From Octopus sinensis (taxonomy: Eukaryota): a DNA stretch of 64,000 nt. This document shows, one piece after another, positions 14,393 through 27,262 of the stretch. The position numbers and the translations under genes are program-made. Position 1 is the first letter of the stretch. Every line of letters starts with the position of its first letter. Location: positions 72,540,001-72,604,000 of the forward strand of contig NC_043002.1 of assembly GCF_006345805.1 (NCBI RefSeq), read 5' to 3'. Below the pieces are notes generated by a model, which made no database searches, was not told the DNA's origin, and was given only the letters and a program-made list of their open reading frames with translations.

Positions 14393-14448
14393 ATGTCAAA
14401 GTTATTTTATAAATTATCAGTCGTATCATCGACTGGACTGATTCCCAG
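14393..14448 (+). CDS. MRPL34: Mitochondrial ribosomal protein L34, exon 1 (start of targeting peptide)
   Basis: ATG in acaATG context; MSKLFYKLSVVSSTGLIP(R); AG|gtaagt donor, phase 2, joins exon 2 in frame. Confidence 0.78.
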
Positions 14449-14865
14449 GTAAGTTTTATGCACCTTATTTAAACTGACAAACTGGATATCATCTAACAGA
14501 CACATTTTGCATTAATTATCATGTCTTGTACGTGTTTGTCCTTCACATGTTCCCTACGAAAACTTGTTTAGCGCCAGGTCAGCCGTGATCGAGCAGACCT
14601 TATAATCAACATTATTGCAACTATGACCACTTCGTCTTTTTTTTTTTTTCCTGTCCTCGGATTATGGGCTAAGATTTATTTCAGCGACATAAAGTCTTCA
14701 ATGTCGCTTCCTTTTTTCTTTCTTTCTTTTTTTTTCTTTTTTTCGCTGTGCTCAAACCCTCACTATGTTTTCATGTACGAAAGGAGTGTAAATTTAAAAG
14801 GGGTATTTGAGGATTGTTGTGTATATTATGAACTTCCGCATGTTCTAATCTACGGTACTATTTAA

Positions 14866-15048
14866 GAAGAGTGGTCCCGGTGCGCGTACTTCGCATCCGC
14901 GCTAGCTAGTCGTGACTAGTCGATCCTACGACTACCTAGCAAAGTAAATAAAACAATTTTTTTAAAACAAAGTAAATAAAAAAAAACAAAGTAAGGATCG
15001 ACTAGTCACGACTAGCTAGCGCGAGTGCGCGCACCGGGACCACTCTTC
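14866..15048. repeat. CpG-rich fold-back element (MITE-like) in MRPL34 intron 1
   Basis: About 55-bp inverted arms gaagagtggtcccggtgcgcg...cgcgctagctagtcgtgactagtcgatcct around an A-rich spacer. Confidence 0.8.
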
Positions 15049-18000
15049 AACTATATTTCTTTTCTCCGAAGAGCATACAATTTTTACGGTCTTTTTAATA
15101 GTGGGTGGGGCAAAATTAGTAATCGGGGTAAAATGAGTAATCTTTGATTTTTTTTTTTTTTTTTGTTATTTTCCCTCTACCCGTTTGAAATCATTACATT
15201 GCAAGTATTGAATTTCTAACCTTTCTGATGTCTGAGGATGGATATTGATGTGTTTGAGTTTGTTTTCAAGTGTAATTCTGGAGAATTGAAGAGACAAAAT
15301 TACCTTGTCTCGGCTTATTCATTTTGCCCCGAAAAAATTTGTCTTTTATATGCTCAAAGAGAAAAAGGATAATTTTCTGAATATGTTATAGTGTTTTAAT
15401 GTATTTAGAGAAGGCCATTTACTTATCTGATATAGTTTTTATAAGGTAAAGCACCCACTTCACTCTCAGAGTGGTTGGCGGTAGGAAGGGCATCAAGTTG
15501 TAGAAATATTGCCAGATCAGATTGGAGCCTGGTGCAGCCGCTGGCTCTCCAGAACTTAGTCAAACCGTCCAACCCATGCCAGCATGGAAAACGGACGTTA
15601 AACGTTGATGATGAATATTTGTTAAAAAAATATCTTTTTTCTCATTCAAAAATGCAATAAAAACTCCTCATTGTGCCCCGCTCCGTTACCCTCTACGAGG
15701 CTGGGACATAACAAAACTATCATGAAAGATAACTCATGAGATTTTGTGACTTTTACGTTTTTTGTTGGTTTTTTTTTTTTGCAATGATATATATCTCTAA
15801 CAAAATTATCCAATGTGTCCTTCTATTCAGTGTGATATGAGGAACATTTGACTAGTATTTCTAGCAGGTTGATCAACGAGGTATAAGCACCCTCACTGCT
15901 TTGTGCTTCTGCATAATGAGACTTATTTCATTATTTAAATGAATGGCTTGTATGGTTTCTTATGTCAGGTTTGTGAAAATTTGCTACATTTTATTTATAG
16001 AGTTGTCACTTTCATTTCTTTTTCAGGAACCACAAGGATCCATTAGGTTGATACTTTACTGCAATATCTGTACCCTTAAGTGGAATGACAGGCAAATTTC
16101 CTCCTGTATATGATAGTAGTCTATTACAGGAAAGGATTTGTAAACAGATGCTGACAAATATATCTTCACAACTTCTTTGTTGTGCTCATCTCTCCTTTTA
16201 TTCGAGCATGTATATCTAAGACTACATCACATCATAATACATCCTTCCTTTTTTGAGACAGTAAGACACTATTTGCAGGAAATTTGGCTGCTATTTCCTA
16301 GTTGATGGAAAAATGTTGAAGTGTTACTGTAATTTTTTTTCCTTTATAAAAGTTATTCTGCATTGTCTGACGATTTCTATAATTTGATGCTATTAAACAA
16401 CTAGTTTCCAAAGCTACTGTATTGTCACCACACACAACATGTTTGCTCAACCTGGTAGAAATAGCAGCTAGATCACCTTCGGTATCTATGGATTGGCTTC
16501 ATACTGAGGTGTTTTTTTTTAATGAATTGATCAGGGGTGAAAGAGCATTGCCCTTAGCCTTTTTGTTTTTTTGCAGATTCTGACTTATGAGAGGAAGATA
16601 TCTTGACTAAGGATTTGGCCTGAATGTTTACTACAGAGTGGACTCTGCTTAAACTACACCCATAACTTGGTTTAACACTCACCATCTGGTCCATAGAAAC
16701 TGGAGCAACTTGAAATGGAGTGCCTTGCTCAAGAGTACAAGGTCAACACCCTAACCATTAGGGCATTATGCATTCACATTTTGCAACTGCATACATTTCC
16801 TGCATGACATGCTTTCTAGGCTGTCATTCTTTATCCAGGTCAATTCTGATCAAACAGACTAATGGTCAGTAGCATTGGAACTGTGATCAACTTTTTTTTT
16901 CTTTTTAGTTCTTAGAATAATGGGTGAGAACATAATTTTAGTGTTATAAAATCTTTAGCATGATCAATTACTGGCTTACTGTTAGGTTTTATCTTCCTGC
17001 AACCAATAAAATAGTCACAAGCAGACCAATAGAAGACCCTCTCCAAGGTCACTCAGCCTACAGAAAATAACAGCCAAGTCTCACTCTATAGTCTTAGAAA
17101 AAGAAAGGACGGACCTATTGCATATCTAGATACACTATTATCATCCTTACATTATCATGTGCATTTTTCCATTCTTGCATGGGTTGGCTAGGTCTTCACT
17201 ATGCCTGGCTACTTGCTGTAATCTTGTTGTCATCTCTTCCATGAGTTCTAGCCTCTCAAGATATCGTTGACTTTTTCCCATGCCTTTGGTCTTCCTCTTC
17301 TGCTGGTTCCTTTCACTTAGATTACTTGGCACTTCTTTATCCTGTTGTCATCCTTCATCTATATCACATGTCCAAACCAGCACAGTCTTACTCTTTTACT
17401 TGTTTCCATCATTTGACTGGAGCACTGCCATTAGTCGAGAGCAAATCGACCCCAGGACTTATTCTTTGTAAGCCTAGTATTTATTCTATCGGTCTCTTCT
17501 GCCGAACCGCTAAGTTACGGGGGAAATAAACACACCAGCATCGGTTGTCAAGCGATGTTGGGGGGTGACAAACACAGACACACAACCATATACACACACA
17601 CACACACATATATATACATATATACGACGGGCTTCTTTCAGTTTCTGTCTACCAAATCCACTCACAAGGTTTTGGTCGGCCCAAGGCTATAGTAGAAGAC
17701 ACTTGCCCAAGGTGCCATATAGTGGGACTGAACCCAGAACCATGTGGTTGGTAAGAATGCTACTTACCACACAGCCACTCCTGCTCTCTCAATTCGTTTG
17801 TGCTCCTTTGTTCGTCATCATCATCGTCGTCGTCAAACATCCATTTTCCATGCTGACATGGGTTGGACTGTTTGACCAGAGCTGGCAAGCAGGGAAGCTG
17901 CACCAGATTCCAGTCTGATTTGGCTTGAGTATTCATGCACACCAATATTAACATCCTGTAAAGCTTACCTGCCTCATTTCATTCAAGCCTTTGCACATAC

Positions 18001-19499
18001 CCTGCATCCAGTGCTCATGTTTCACATCTATACAACAACACATTTCAAAGAAGGGTTATGTAATCTGCCCTTAACTCAAAATGACAGTCTCTTTGTTGCT
18101 AGCATACGTAACAGTTCTCTGAACATTTTTTTTCCCTGTTCTTACTCAGGTAACTTTTCTCTCAAAACACCCAATTCCATACCTAATTAAATCTCCTTAA
18201 GTAAATGAAGCTATTAACTACTTCTTGAAGCCCTTGGAATATTTGAGAAAATATAATTTCAGGAGGAGTTTTTTTTTTGTTTTTGTTTTTTTTATTTATT
18301 TTTGCCACCTACTCCTGTGTTACCCTAAAAAAAAGTTCCAAATGGTCGTAGATCTGCTTGATAAAGTCTATGCTGGAGCTAAACAAAAACTATTTGTAAA
18401 TATAAATTTGGGTCACCTTTCTACTCATCCCAAAATTAAGAACCAATCTGTGGAAAGTAATGCTTTAAACATATTTATATATACAGTACATTTACTTGTG
18501 TGCATATATATATATATATCAGATCCTATGTAAAATGCTTTCATTTCTTGCAATACTCGTGAAGGTTAACCCATTAATATTGATCAAGCCTCAGCTTGTA
18601 GGGGAAATAACTCTTGACATGTGTTTCTAAGCATATGTGATTGTCTACCCTTCATATTACGTTATCCTATTTATTTTTGATATTTTTCCACCGTATCTGT
18701 CGGATTTATTCATTAAAATAACGGACTTCTTGCTGAGTCAGTTGTTTAAACCATATAGCTCTCCCTCCAAACAGAACGAATATATTACATTTTGTAGTCG
18801 TTAAAATTTACCATCTATAAGTACATGTACAGAGTTGACGAAATTAAATCAGTTTTCTGTAAATGGTTGAGTTTCGAATGATAGAACAATGAGTTTAGTC
18901 ATTTGTTAGTTATAATAATGATTTCTAATTAGGCACAACACCAGCAGTTTTGAGTGGAGGACTAAGATCACTGTCATCAACGTCAGTACTTGATTGATAT
19001 TTATTTTCTCAGCCTCAAAAGGAAGAAAATCAAAGTTGACTCTGGCAGGATCTGAACACGTAGCTGATTAAGAGATATATCACTTATGGACCCCAGAAGA
19101 TGAAAAGCAAAATTAACATCAGTAGGATTTGAACTCGGAACGTGAATGCTAAATACTGAAATTGCATTTTGTACGATACTCTAACGATTCAACCGATTCA
19201 CTAACTTTCATTTAACATTAATAATTAGTATTGCAATTAAGGTAGCAAGCTGACAGAATTGTTAGCATGCTGGACAAAAGGCTTAGTAGAATTTCAGCTT
19301 TGTTTTGAATTCAAATTCCACCGAGGTTGACTTTGCCTTTCATCCTCTCAGAGTCGATAAAATAAGTATCAGGTGAACACTGGGGTCAATGTAATCATTT
19401 AACTCCTCCCCAAAACTGCTGGCCTTGTACCAAAATTTGAAGCAAAAAATTATTATTGCAATTTAGAGAAATTGTTTCACTAGGCCCGCCTGAGTGGCT

Positions 19500-19790
19500 C
19501 CTGTGCCGGTAACACGTAAAAAGCACCATCTGAATGTGGCCGATGCCAGTACCCCCTGACTGGCTCTCATGCCAGTGGCACATAAAAAGTACCATCTGAA
19601 TGTGGCCAATGCCAGTACCCCCTGACTGGCTCTCGTGCCAGTGGCACATAAAAAGCACCATCCGAATGTGGCCAATGCCAGTACCCCCAACTGACCCCTA
19701 TGTTGGTGGCACTTAAAAAGCATTACCCGAACGTGATCGATGCCAGGCCTGCCTGATTGGCTCTTGTGCTGGTGGCACATAAAAAGCACC
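19500..19790 (+). repeat. About 62-bp tandem minisatellite (about 5 units) inside a family C SINE
   Basis: Repeated unit gtgccagtggcacataaaaagcaccatctgaatgtggccaatgccagtaccccctgactggctctc. Confidence 0.85.
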
Positions 19791-20264
19791 CACTGCACTC
19801 TGGGTGTTGGTATTAGGAAGGGCATCCAGCTGTAGAAACATTGCCTGATCTGATTGGACCCTGGTGCAGCTGCTGGTTCTCATGCCAGCAGGGAAAATGG
19901 ATGTTAAACAATGAAAATGATGATGATGATGACACATACACACAAACACTTACTCAAATCACTGCATAGTCACTTGGCTTAATAGAATTAGCAGCTAAAT
20001 CTCCCTCAGCTTGCACCATACAATTTTAAAAAGGAAAGAATGAATTAGATGGTGAAGTCCCAGATCAGTGGTTCTCAACCAAGGTCACATGATCCTTGGG
20101 GCTCCATATATGGTTTTCTGGAACGTAAGATTTGCATTTTATAATTATGTATTTTTACCTGCAAATCAACTTGATATTCTTTATTGTTTTACCTCACAAA
20201 TTATACATGATAACCAAGCTTTATATTTCATATTTACTTCTTTTTTATTTTTCACATGGGACAG

Positions 20265-20700
20265 ATCCATCAATTACTTCTCGACATTGTGCAGAAACCT
20301 TCCCTCATCTTTGACAAATGGAACAAACTTACTCCCTACCACATCGGCTGCTGTAAATCCAAGCCATGAAACTATTTTATCACAGAATGACCAAAATCCT
20401 GCTGTTCTCCAGCAATCAGTGCGATGTAAGAAAATTATCAATTATAAACCAAATGTATGGAAACGCATACACATGAATAGTCTTCATAAACGCATACTAA
20501 CAAAAGGAGGCATTGAAACTATATGGAAACGACTCTTAAAAGGACGCCATGTCCTTGTACCTTATGATGGTTTTCTCTTTGATAAGACTAAGAAAACAAA
20601 ACATTCACTAACTCAACCAAAGATTTACAGAGAGAACAGATTCATTAAAAAAGAGTTTGTAAAAAAGAAATCATTCTTAGATAGGCCATCAACCTATTAA
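20265..20700 (+). CDS. MRPL34: Mitochondrial ribosomal protein L34 (bL34m), exon 2
   Basis: Pyrimidine tract plus acag acceptor. QQSVRCKKIINYKPNVWKRIHMNSLHKRILTKGGIETIWKRLLKGRHVL fits the L34 pattern YxP..KR.....R..T.GG......R..KGR..L. Joined CDS is 163 aa. Confidence 0.85.
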
Positions 20701-22076
20701 ATGGAATTTTTATCTATGTGTGTATTTGACTTTAATAATTGAATTAAAGTTTTGGTTATTTTTCTTCTATAACTACTTTGTCTTTTCATTTTTCTTTGAC
20801 TTTGTGTACATTTTAACAGTTTGTTCTCTTATATGAATTAGTTGTTTCAAATTTGAAGCAAACATTTTACTTATTCTTAAGTCAAACAATTGTATTGGTT
20901 CTTGATTAAATATCCAAGATCAATTATCATTTTTCAGGTTGTTAACCCTTTTGTTAACATATTCCTGTTGAAATGCACTGCTTTTAGATCATTTAATTTT
21001 TTTAAATAATTAAGAATTTAGTAAAATAGCTTTGTCATTATTAATCTGGTGTTTGGGACACAAATGAACATGGAATTTTAATGGAAATTTTAAATTTAGA
21101 GCAATTAAAACAGGAAGATTTCATCATAGAACAAGGGGTAGTCTCAAACTGGTTATTATCAAAAGGTTTCAATTCATCTTTAGAGATGAAAGATATTTAA
21201 TGCTTACATCTCCACATAAAGTTTCAAGCAGTTTGATCTCCAAAATATCATCAGATATCTTATCCCTTGATGTATACTTAGTATTGGACTGGGTTCAAAC
21301 CAGCAACCTTTGTTTCCAAATTGTGGCTAAGAACAACCTTAGCCAGTAGGCCACTGAAGTATATATATCTTCAATCTCTAAAAGTGAGGTTAATAGTTCA
21401 AAAAATTATTCTATGTAAGTATATTTTAGTCTTAGTTTTCAGAATTGTGGTAATTGCTCTTTGGTCAAACCATATAACTCCAAATAAGGCCTGGAATCTG
21501 TGGGGAGGAGGATAGTCGATTACATTGACCCTAGTACATGACTGGTACATTTTTCATCAATCCCGAAAGGATGAAGGGCAAAGTCGACTTCGGCGGAATT
21601 TGAACTCAGAGCGTAGTGACAGATGCTATGCCACTAAGCATTTCACTCAGCATTCTAATGATTCTGCCAGCTCACCACCTTCAAGAACTCTAACTAATAA
21701 TTCCTTCTACTGGAAGCACAAGGCCTCAAATTCGAGGGAAGGGATTAAGTCGATTACATCGACCCTAGTGCTGAACCGGTACTTGTTTAATCAAGCCCAC
21801 AAAGATGAAAGGCGGAATTTGAACTCAGAATGTAACAGCAGATGAAATACTGCTAAGCATTTTGCCCAGCATGCTAGCAATTCTGCCAGCTTGACTTCAA
21901 ATAATAATGTTTCTAACATAGGTACATGGCCATAAACTTGGTGGAAAGGAAATAGTCAATTGTAGAGAAGCCACTACTTAGTCTTAGTTCTTCCTGTTTA
22001 TCAGGCAGCAAGATGTCTTCAGTAATCACTGTTTTGAGCATAGTCACATGCATCATCCTAGGGGATGCTTAGTTAC

Positions 22077-22304
22077 TTAACCCTTTCTTTACTGTATTTA
22101 TTTTGAGATGCTCTCTGTTTCTTTCAATTACTTTAAATATAACAAAGAATTTAGTAAAATAACTTAGTTATCATTAAACTAATGTTAGGAATATAAATTG
22201 TGACTAAGGTTTGATGGAAGATTTTAATTCAAAACTTATGAAAATAAGACATTTGTATTCAGAGCCAGAGCCGGTTTCAGCCGGGTTGGTAACGAAAGAG
22301 TTAA
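22077..22304. mobile_element. piggyBac-like MITE (TTAA CCC ends)
   Basis: ttaaccctttc ... gaaagagttaa. Inverted copy at 33432-33659; related copy at about 20942-21168. Confidence 0.7.
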
Positions 22305-23519
22305 CATCTTGGAAAGATGCATGCTGTGTCTTCTTCGCTACCCCTTACTTCCCTCATCCCTTTGGTGGTACCCATTGTATAGCTGTCCTTGGTATTTGTT
22401 CTGGCAGTTGAGAAACGTGATCTGCAAATCTCTTCTTCCTGCCACAATCTCCTGCGAGCTGTATAGAGTGGCTTGTCTCAAGCCTTCAATGATTGTGATT
22501 CTGTACTTTTAAGTGATCTTCAGTATTCTACATAGATGCCATTTTCAGAATGCATTCAACTGTACCTGACTGGTACTTTATTGTGAGATTAAGCACAGAA
22601 GGGGCTGTGTGGTAAGAAGCTTGCTTCTCAACCACATGGTTCTTCGAAGCAGTGCCCCAGCATGGCCACAGTGTAATGACTGAAACAAATACAAAAAAAA
22701 TTACATAAAGAAAGAAAACTGAATTTTACGTTGTTCCCCTTTCTTTTAACTATTTCACTTACCTCATTTTTTAATTTTCATTTTACATTGAATCATCAGC
22801 ATTGAATGAGAACCATTATTTGTTAAAACCAAACCTTTATCTGTAATATCTCATTATGGTCATTATGCCAACAATGAACATGTGCTCTGATTCTGTTTCA
22901 CTTATTATTATTATTATTATCAGTCAATATTTAACCAATTAACTACAGGCATGAAAATTAAGCTAAGCCTGAAAGCAATGAAGTCATTATAATGGTGATG
23001 TTCTTAACTGTTATATGGGAATGTAAATATGTTTGCAAATTGTTTTTGTTACATGTTATTCTGTGCTCTGAATACTTTTATTTTAATAAATGTTGCCTAC
23101 TGCAACAGTGTTTGTTCAACCAGGTGCTGCTGGCTTAATTACGCACAAATTGTGCTAAATAGTTCATCCTGCTGTTTATAATAAAATAATGAAATTATTG
23201 TATACAGTGCTCAGGTGCACCACAACTTGTCAGAAAGTGCATATAAAGTACATGCAGTAATGTAGAAATGTTTGTATTGGCAGTTTGAATCATTACTGTG
23301 GCAAATAATAGATACTTAATTAAATACCAGTATTAAATGTTTGAACTACTGTGGGTCTTTACTAGGGTTTTATTATAAGTGGAACTTAAACCTGTACACT
23401 AATCTTCTGGGCCTGGTGCAGCCTTCTGGCTTCCCAGATCCCAGTTGAACCGTCCAACCCATGCTAGCATGGAAAGCGAACGCTAAACGATGATGATGAT
23501 AATGATGATACATTACATG

Positions 23520-23821
23520 CCCATAAAATGCCTCGTAGATCTTATTCGGCTATGTTTCAACTTGTAGTTATGTCATATGCTGAAGTGCATGGTAATAGGG
23601 CCGTCGGAAGAAAATTTGAAAAGCTACACGTTTGCATTGTTATATATACAATAATAAATAATAAAGGACGTTACCACATACATTTTTACAAACCAAGGAC
23701 ATATTATAGACCTCCTTAACTCAAGTTAGAGAAGGGGTGCGTATTATATACAAGGTTTAGGTTTTTCAGAGGTACAGCCCCCTAAAAATCCCCTGCATAT
23801 TATACTCGAGGATTTACAGTA
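23520..23821 (+). mobile_element. pogo/Tigger-like transposon remnant
   Basis: MPRRSYSAMFQLVVMSYAEVHGNRAVGRKFE resembles a Brinker-type DNA-binding N-terminus of pogo transposases. Terminus tatactcgaggatttacagta is also seen at about 2485-2503. Confidence 0.6.
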
Positions 23822-25192
23822 ATTGTTCGGTTAATCAATCACTCAGATTTGTCATAGTCCTTTCATTGCCATTAGCAACCTCATCAGTAATGTTCCCTCT
23901 CTACACCAGGTTTATCTGTCTTACAAACCAAACACAAAAAATTAATTATCTGTTATAGCTTTCCTAATAAAAGCACACACCTGGTAAAAGCATTCATGGA
24001 AAATCCATCAGTAGCAACTAACTTGATATTATTTCTTCATCATCATTCTTGCATGCCTGCATGAGTCGAATAGAACTTGTGGCAGATTTTTTTTATGGTC
24101 AGATGTTCTTCCTGTTGCCAACCCTCCCCTGTTTACAAGTAAAATAATATTTCCCCATGGCCAGACATGTATTACAAGGAAGACTGGAAGCAATTTGCAT
24201 GATGGCAACACTTGTTTACAGCTGTCACAAGACAGTAACATGATCTCACACACACATCTACACATATATGTATATGATAAGCAAATGGGAATTGTAGTTG
24301 TGATACCCATGCCGATGGCATGTAAAAAAGACACCATCCGAATGTGGCTGATGCCAGTGGCACATAGAGAGCACCCACTATACTCACAGAGTGGTTGGTG
24401 TAAGGAAGGGCATCCAGCTGTAGAAACACTGCCAGATCAGACTGGAGCCTGGTGCAGCATCCTGGCTTCCCAGATCCCGATCGAACCGTCCAGTCCAACC
24501 CTTGCTAGCATGGAAAACGGATGTTAAACAATGATGATGATAGGCCTCTTTCAGATTATGTCTACCAAATCCATTTACAAGGTTTTGATCAGCCCTGGTC
24601 TATAGTAGAAGACACTCACCTGAGGTGTTATGCTAAGGGATTGAACACAACACCATGTGGCTAAAAAGCAAACTTCTTACTGCACAGCTATGACTGCACC
24701 CTTTGTTCTCTTACTCTTTACTCTTTTACTTGTTTCAGTCATTTGACTGCAGTCACGCTGGAGCACCACCTTTAGTCGAGCAACTCGACCCCAGGACTTA
24801 TTCTTTGTAAGCCTAGTATTTATTCTATCAGTCTCTTTTGCCGAACCACTAAGTTACGGGGACGTAAACACACCAGCATCGGTTGTCAAGCGATGTTGGG
24901 AGGCAAACACTGACACACATACATATACATATATACGACAGGCTTCTTTCAGTTTCTGTCTACCAAATCCACTCACAAGACTTTGGTCGGCCCAAGGCTA
25001 TAGTAGAAGACACTTGCCCAAAGTGTCACGCAGTGGGACTGAACCCGGAACCATGTGGCTGGTAAGCAAGCTACTTACCACACAGCCACTCCTGCGCCTT
25101 GTTTATTTTCCATAAAGAAAGTTATTTTCAGTTGGTTGATTCTTTTTGAGGAAGGTTTGCTTATTATAATTCTATTTGTTCTTAAGAAAATA

Positions 25193-25560
25193 TCATCATC
25201 ATCATCATCATCGTTTAACGTCCGCTTTCCATGCTAGCATGGGTTGGACGGTTCAACTGGGGTCTGGGAAGCCCGAAGGCTGCACCAGGTCAGTCAGATC
25301 TGGCAGTGTTTCTACAGCTGGATGCCCTTCCTAATGCCAGCCACTCCGAGAGTGTAGTGGGTGATTTTATGTGCCACCGACACAGGTGTCAGACGAGGCT
25401 GGCGAACGGCCACGCTCGGATGGTGTTTTTTACGTGCCACCGGCACAGAGGCCAGTCAATGCAGTACTGGCTACGGCCACATTCGGATGGTTTTCGTATG
25501 TGCCACCGGCACTGGTACCACAAAACTACAAATTCCATTAATGTTCATCAAGTTTGCTTT
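25193..25560 (-). mobile_element. SINE family C with (GAT)n tail and internal minisatellite (representative of about 12 copies)
   Basis: ggaagggcatccagctgtagaaac...ccaacccatgctagcatggaaa...(gat)n. Other copies near 5635, 10435, 15450, 19485, 24280, 43125, 47600, 50360 and 53728. Confidence 0.85.
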
Positions 25561-26104
25561 TGATTTTTCTCCATTTTTTCCATTTTCACTTGCCTCAACA
25601 GGTCTTCACAAGTAGAGTTATGTGTCCCAAGAAGGAAGGTATGCATAGGTGCACTGACTACGTTCCAGGTAGGGGCCATGGGTTATGGCCTCACTTGTCC
25701 AGCCTGGTCTTCTCACACACAGCATACTTCCAAAGGTCTCAGTCTCTGGTCATTTCCTCTGTGAGACCTAAAGAGCGAAGGTCGTTCTTCACCATCTCGT
25801 CGTTTAGGAAAAATCTTTAAATTGTGTGCAAGACTTTTAAACAATCTTGAATTAGGCAAACACTTTCAAACAGCCTTGCAATTCATAATTAGTTTTTAAC
25901 TAATATAGCCAGAAATTCCCAGGAAATAGAATACAATCCTTGGGATTCCCTTGGATTACATTCTTAGTCAAATTACCTGGGAAGCCCCACTCCCAAGTCA
26001 CTGGTTAATTCAAGGCTATAATAGAAGATATTTGTTCAAGATGCCACATAGTTGGATCAAACCTAAAACATATGATTGTAAACAAACTTAATCACACATA
26101 TATA

Positions 26105-26689
26105 TGTAGTGGATGCGTGGATGTATTAATAAATACATAAGTGCTTTGTAATAAATTAAAGATTTATTATCACTACATCAATTTGTAAGCAATGTTACAC
26201 ATCGCTTGTACAAAATGCATATTAAATAGTGGTTGCAAATAATACATATTAAAGGAATGCATAATACAGGATACACATTAAAGCAGAATATGTTTGATGG
26301 TGTGTGTGTGTGCGTGTGTGTAAATCATGCATGACAGAGTCACCTTTCTGATTATTCTTTCGTCGTCCTCATAAATGCGTGGCGTTCTCTTAAACGTTGG
26401 TTCGGGTTCTCTCTAGATACCTATTTCTCCGTTCTATTTATAACATCTCAAATAGCCAGAAAAATAGATATACCGCAAGAGTGTTATTGTGTACAGTAGG
26501 TCGCTGGTCGTCCTGTTAAACTTCGCCTGACCTGCTCGGGTCAGAGGTCGAAGGGAGACGATCCATCATTTTTTGTCAGAACAAAGAGATTCTGATTTCG
26601 CGCCTTTTTGTGCATTGGTATTTTACGACCAATGATTCTTGGGTCTGATTTCGAATCCAAGCTTTGAGAAGGAAGTGCTAATTCTTACA
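26105..26689 (-). repeat. 3' LTR of the Gypsy element
   Basis: Direct repeat of 31399-31983 with one substitution seen by eye. Preceded on the minus strand by the PPT AAGGGGGGTAG (26690-26700). Confidence 0.97.
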
Positions 26690-27262
26690 CTACCCCCCTT
26701 CTAGTGAGAAAGCCACAGAGATCGAACGATATTGGAAATGTATTATTATTATTATTTTTATTATTTTTTTATTTTTTTATTGTGTGCATGTAGAAAAAAA
26801 ATTTTTTTTTACACATTGAACGACAAAAATATGGATGAAAGGTTTACAATTTGTATGTGCTATATGGTGGGCAATATGTATATGTGCCCAGGCAGAATTA
26901 TGTTGGCGCGTTGAAAGAGATGTGCGTCTATTGATTACTCGACCTACTAGAGGTCTAATAGAGACAAGGTATCTTTCAGTGGCGAAAAAAAAAATCGAGT
27001 GATAGCACGCATGAGAACAAGATTTGTAAATGTGTGTGGATATACAGTTAGCAAAAAAATATATTTATGAGAAAGCAAACATTTTGAAGAGAAAACAAAA
27101 AATATGTACATGCAAAAATGAAAGAAATGTTCATCGGCAAAGTTCGATTTTGAAATGTTCCGTAAAAGTTCATACAGACAGTTTTTGTTTTCATTTTTTT
27201 TTCTTTACGTACACAAATGTTCTTTGATTTCTCTGGGTGGGTGTGATGCAGTTATGTGTTCA

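Noticed and set aside
19500-19790. Regularly spaced repeats resembling a CRISPR array
   Set aside because: Whole units are tandem copies without unique spacers; eukaryotic SINE context and no cas genes.
20068-20264. N-terminal 66 aa of the 210-aa ORF
   Set aside because: Intronic read-through upstream of the acceptor at 20264; it begins in a cagtggttctcaacc hAT-like end.
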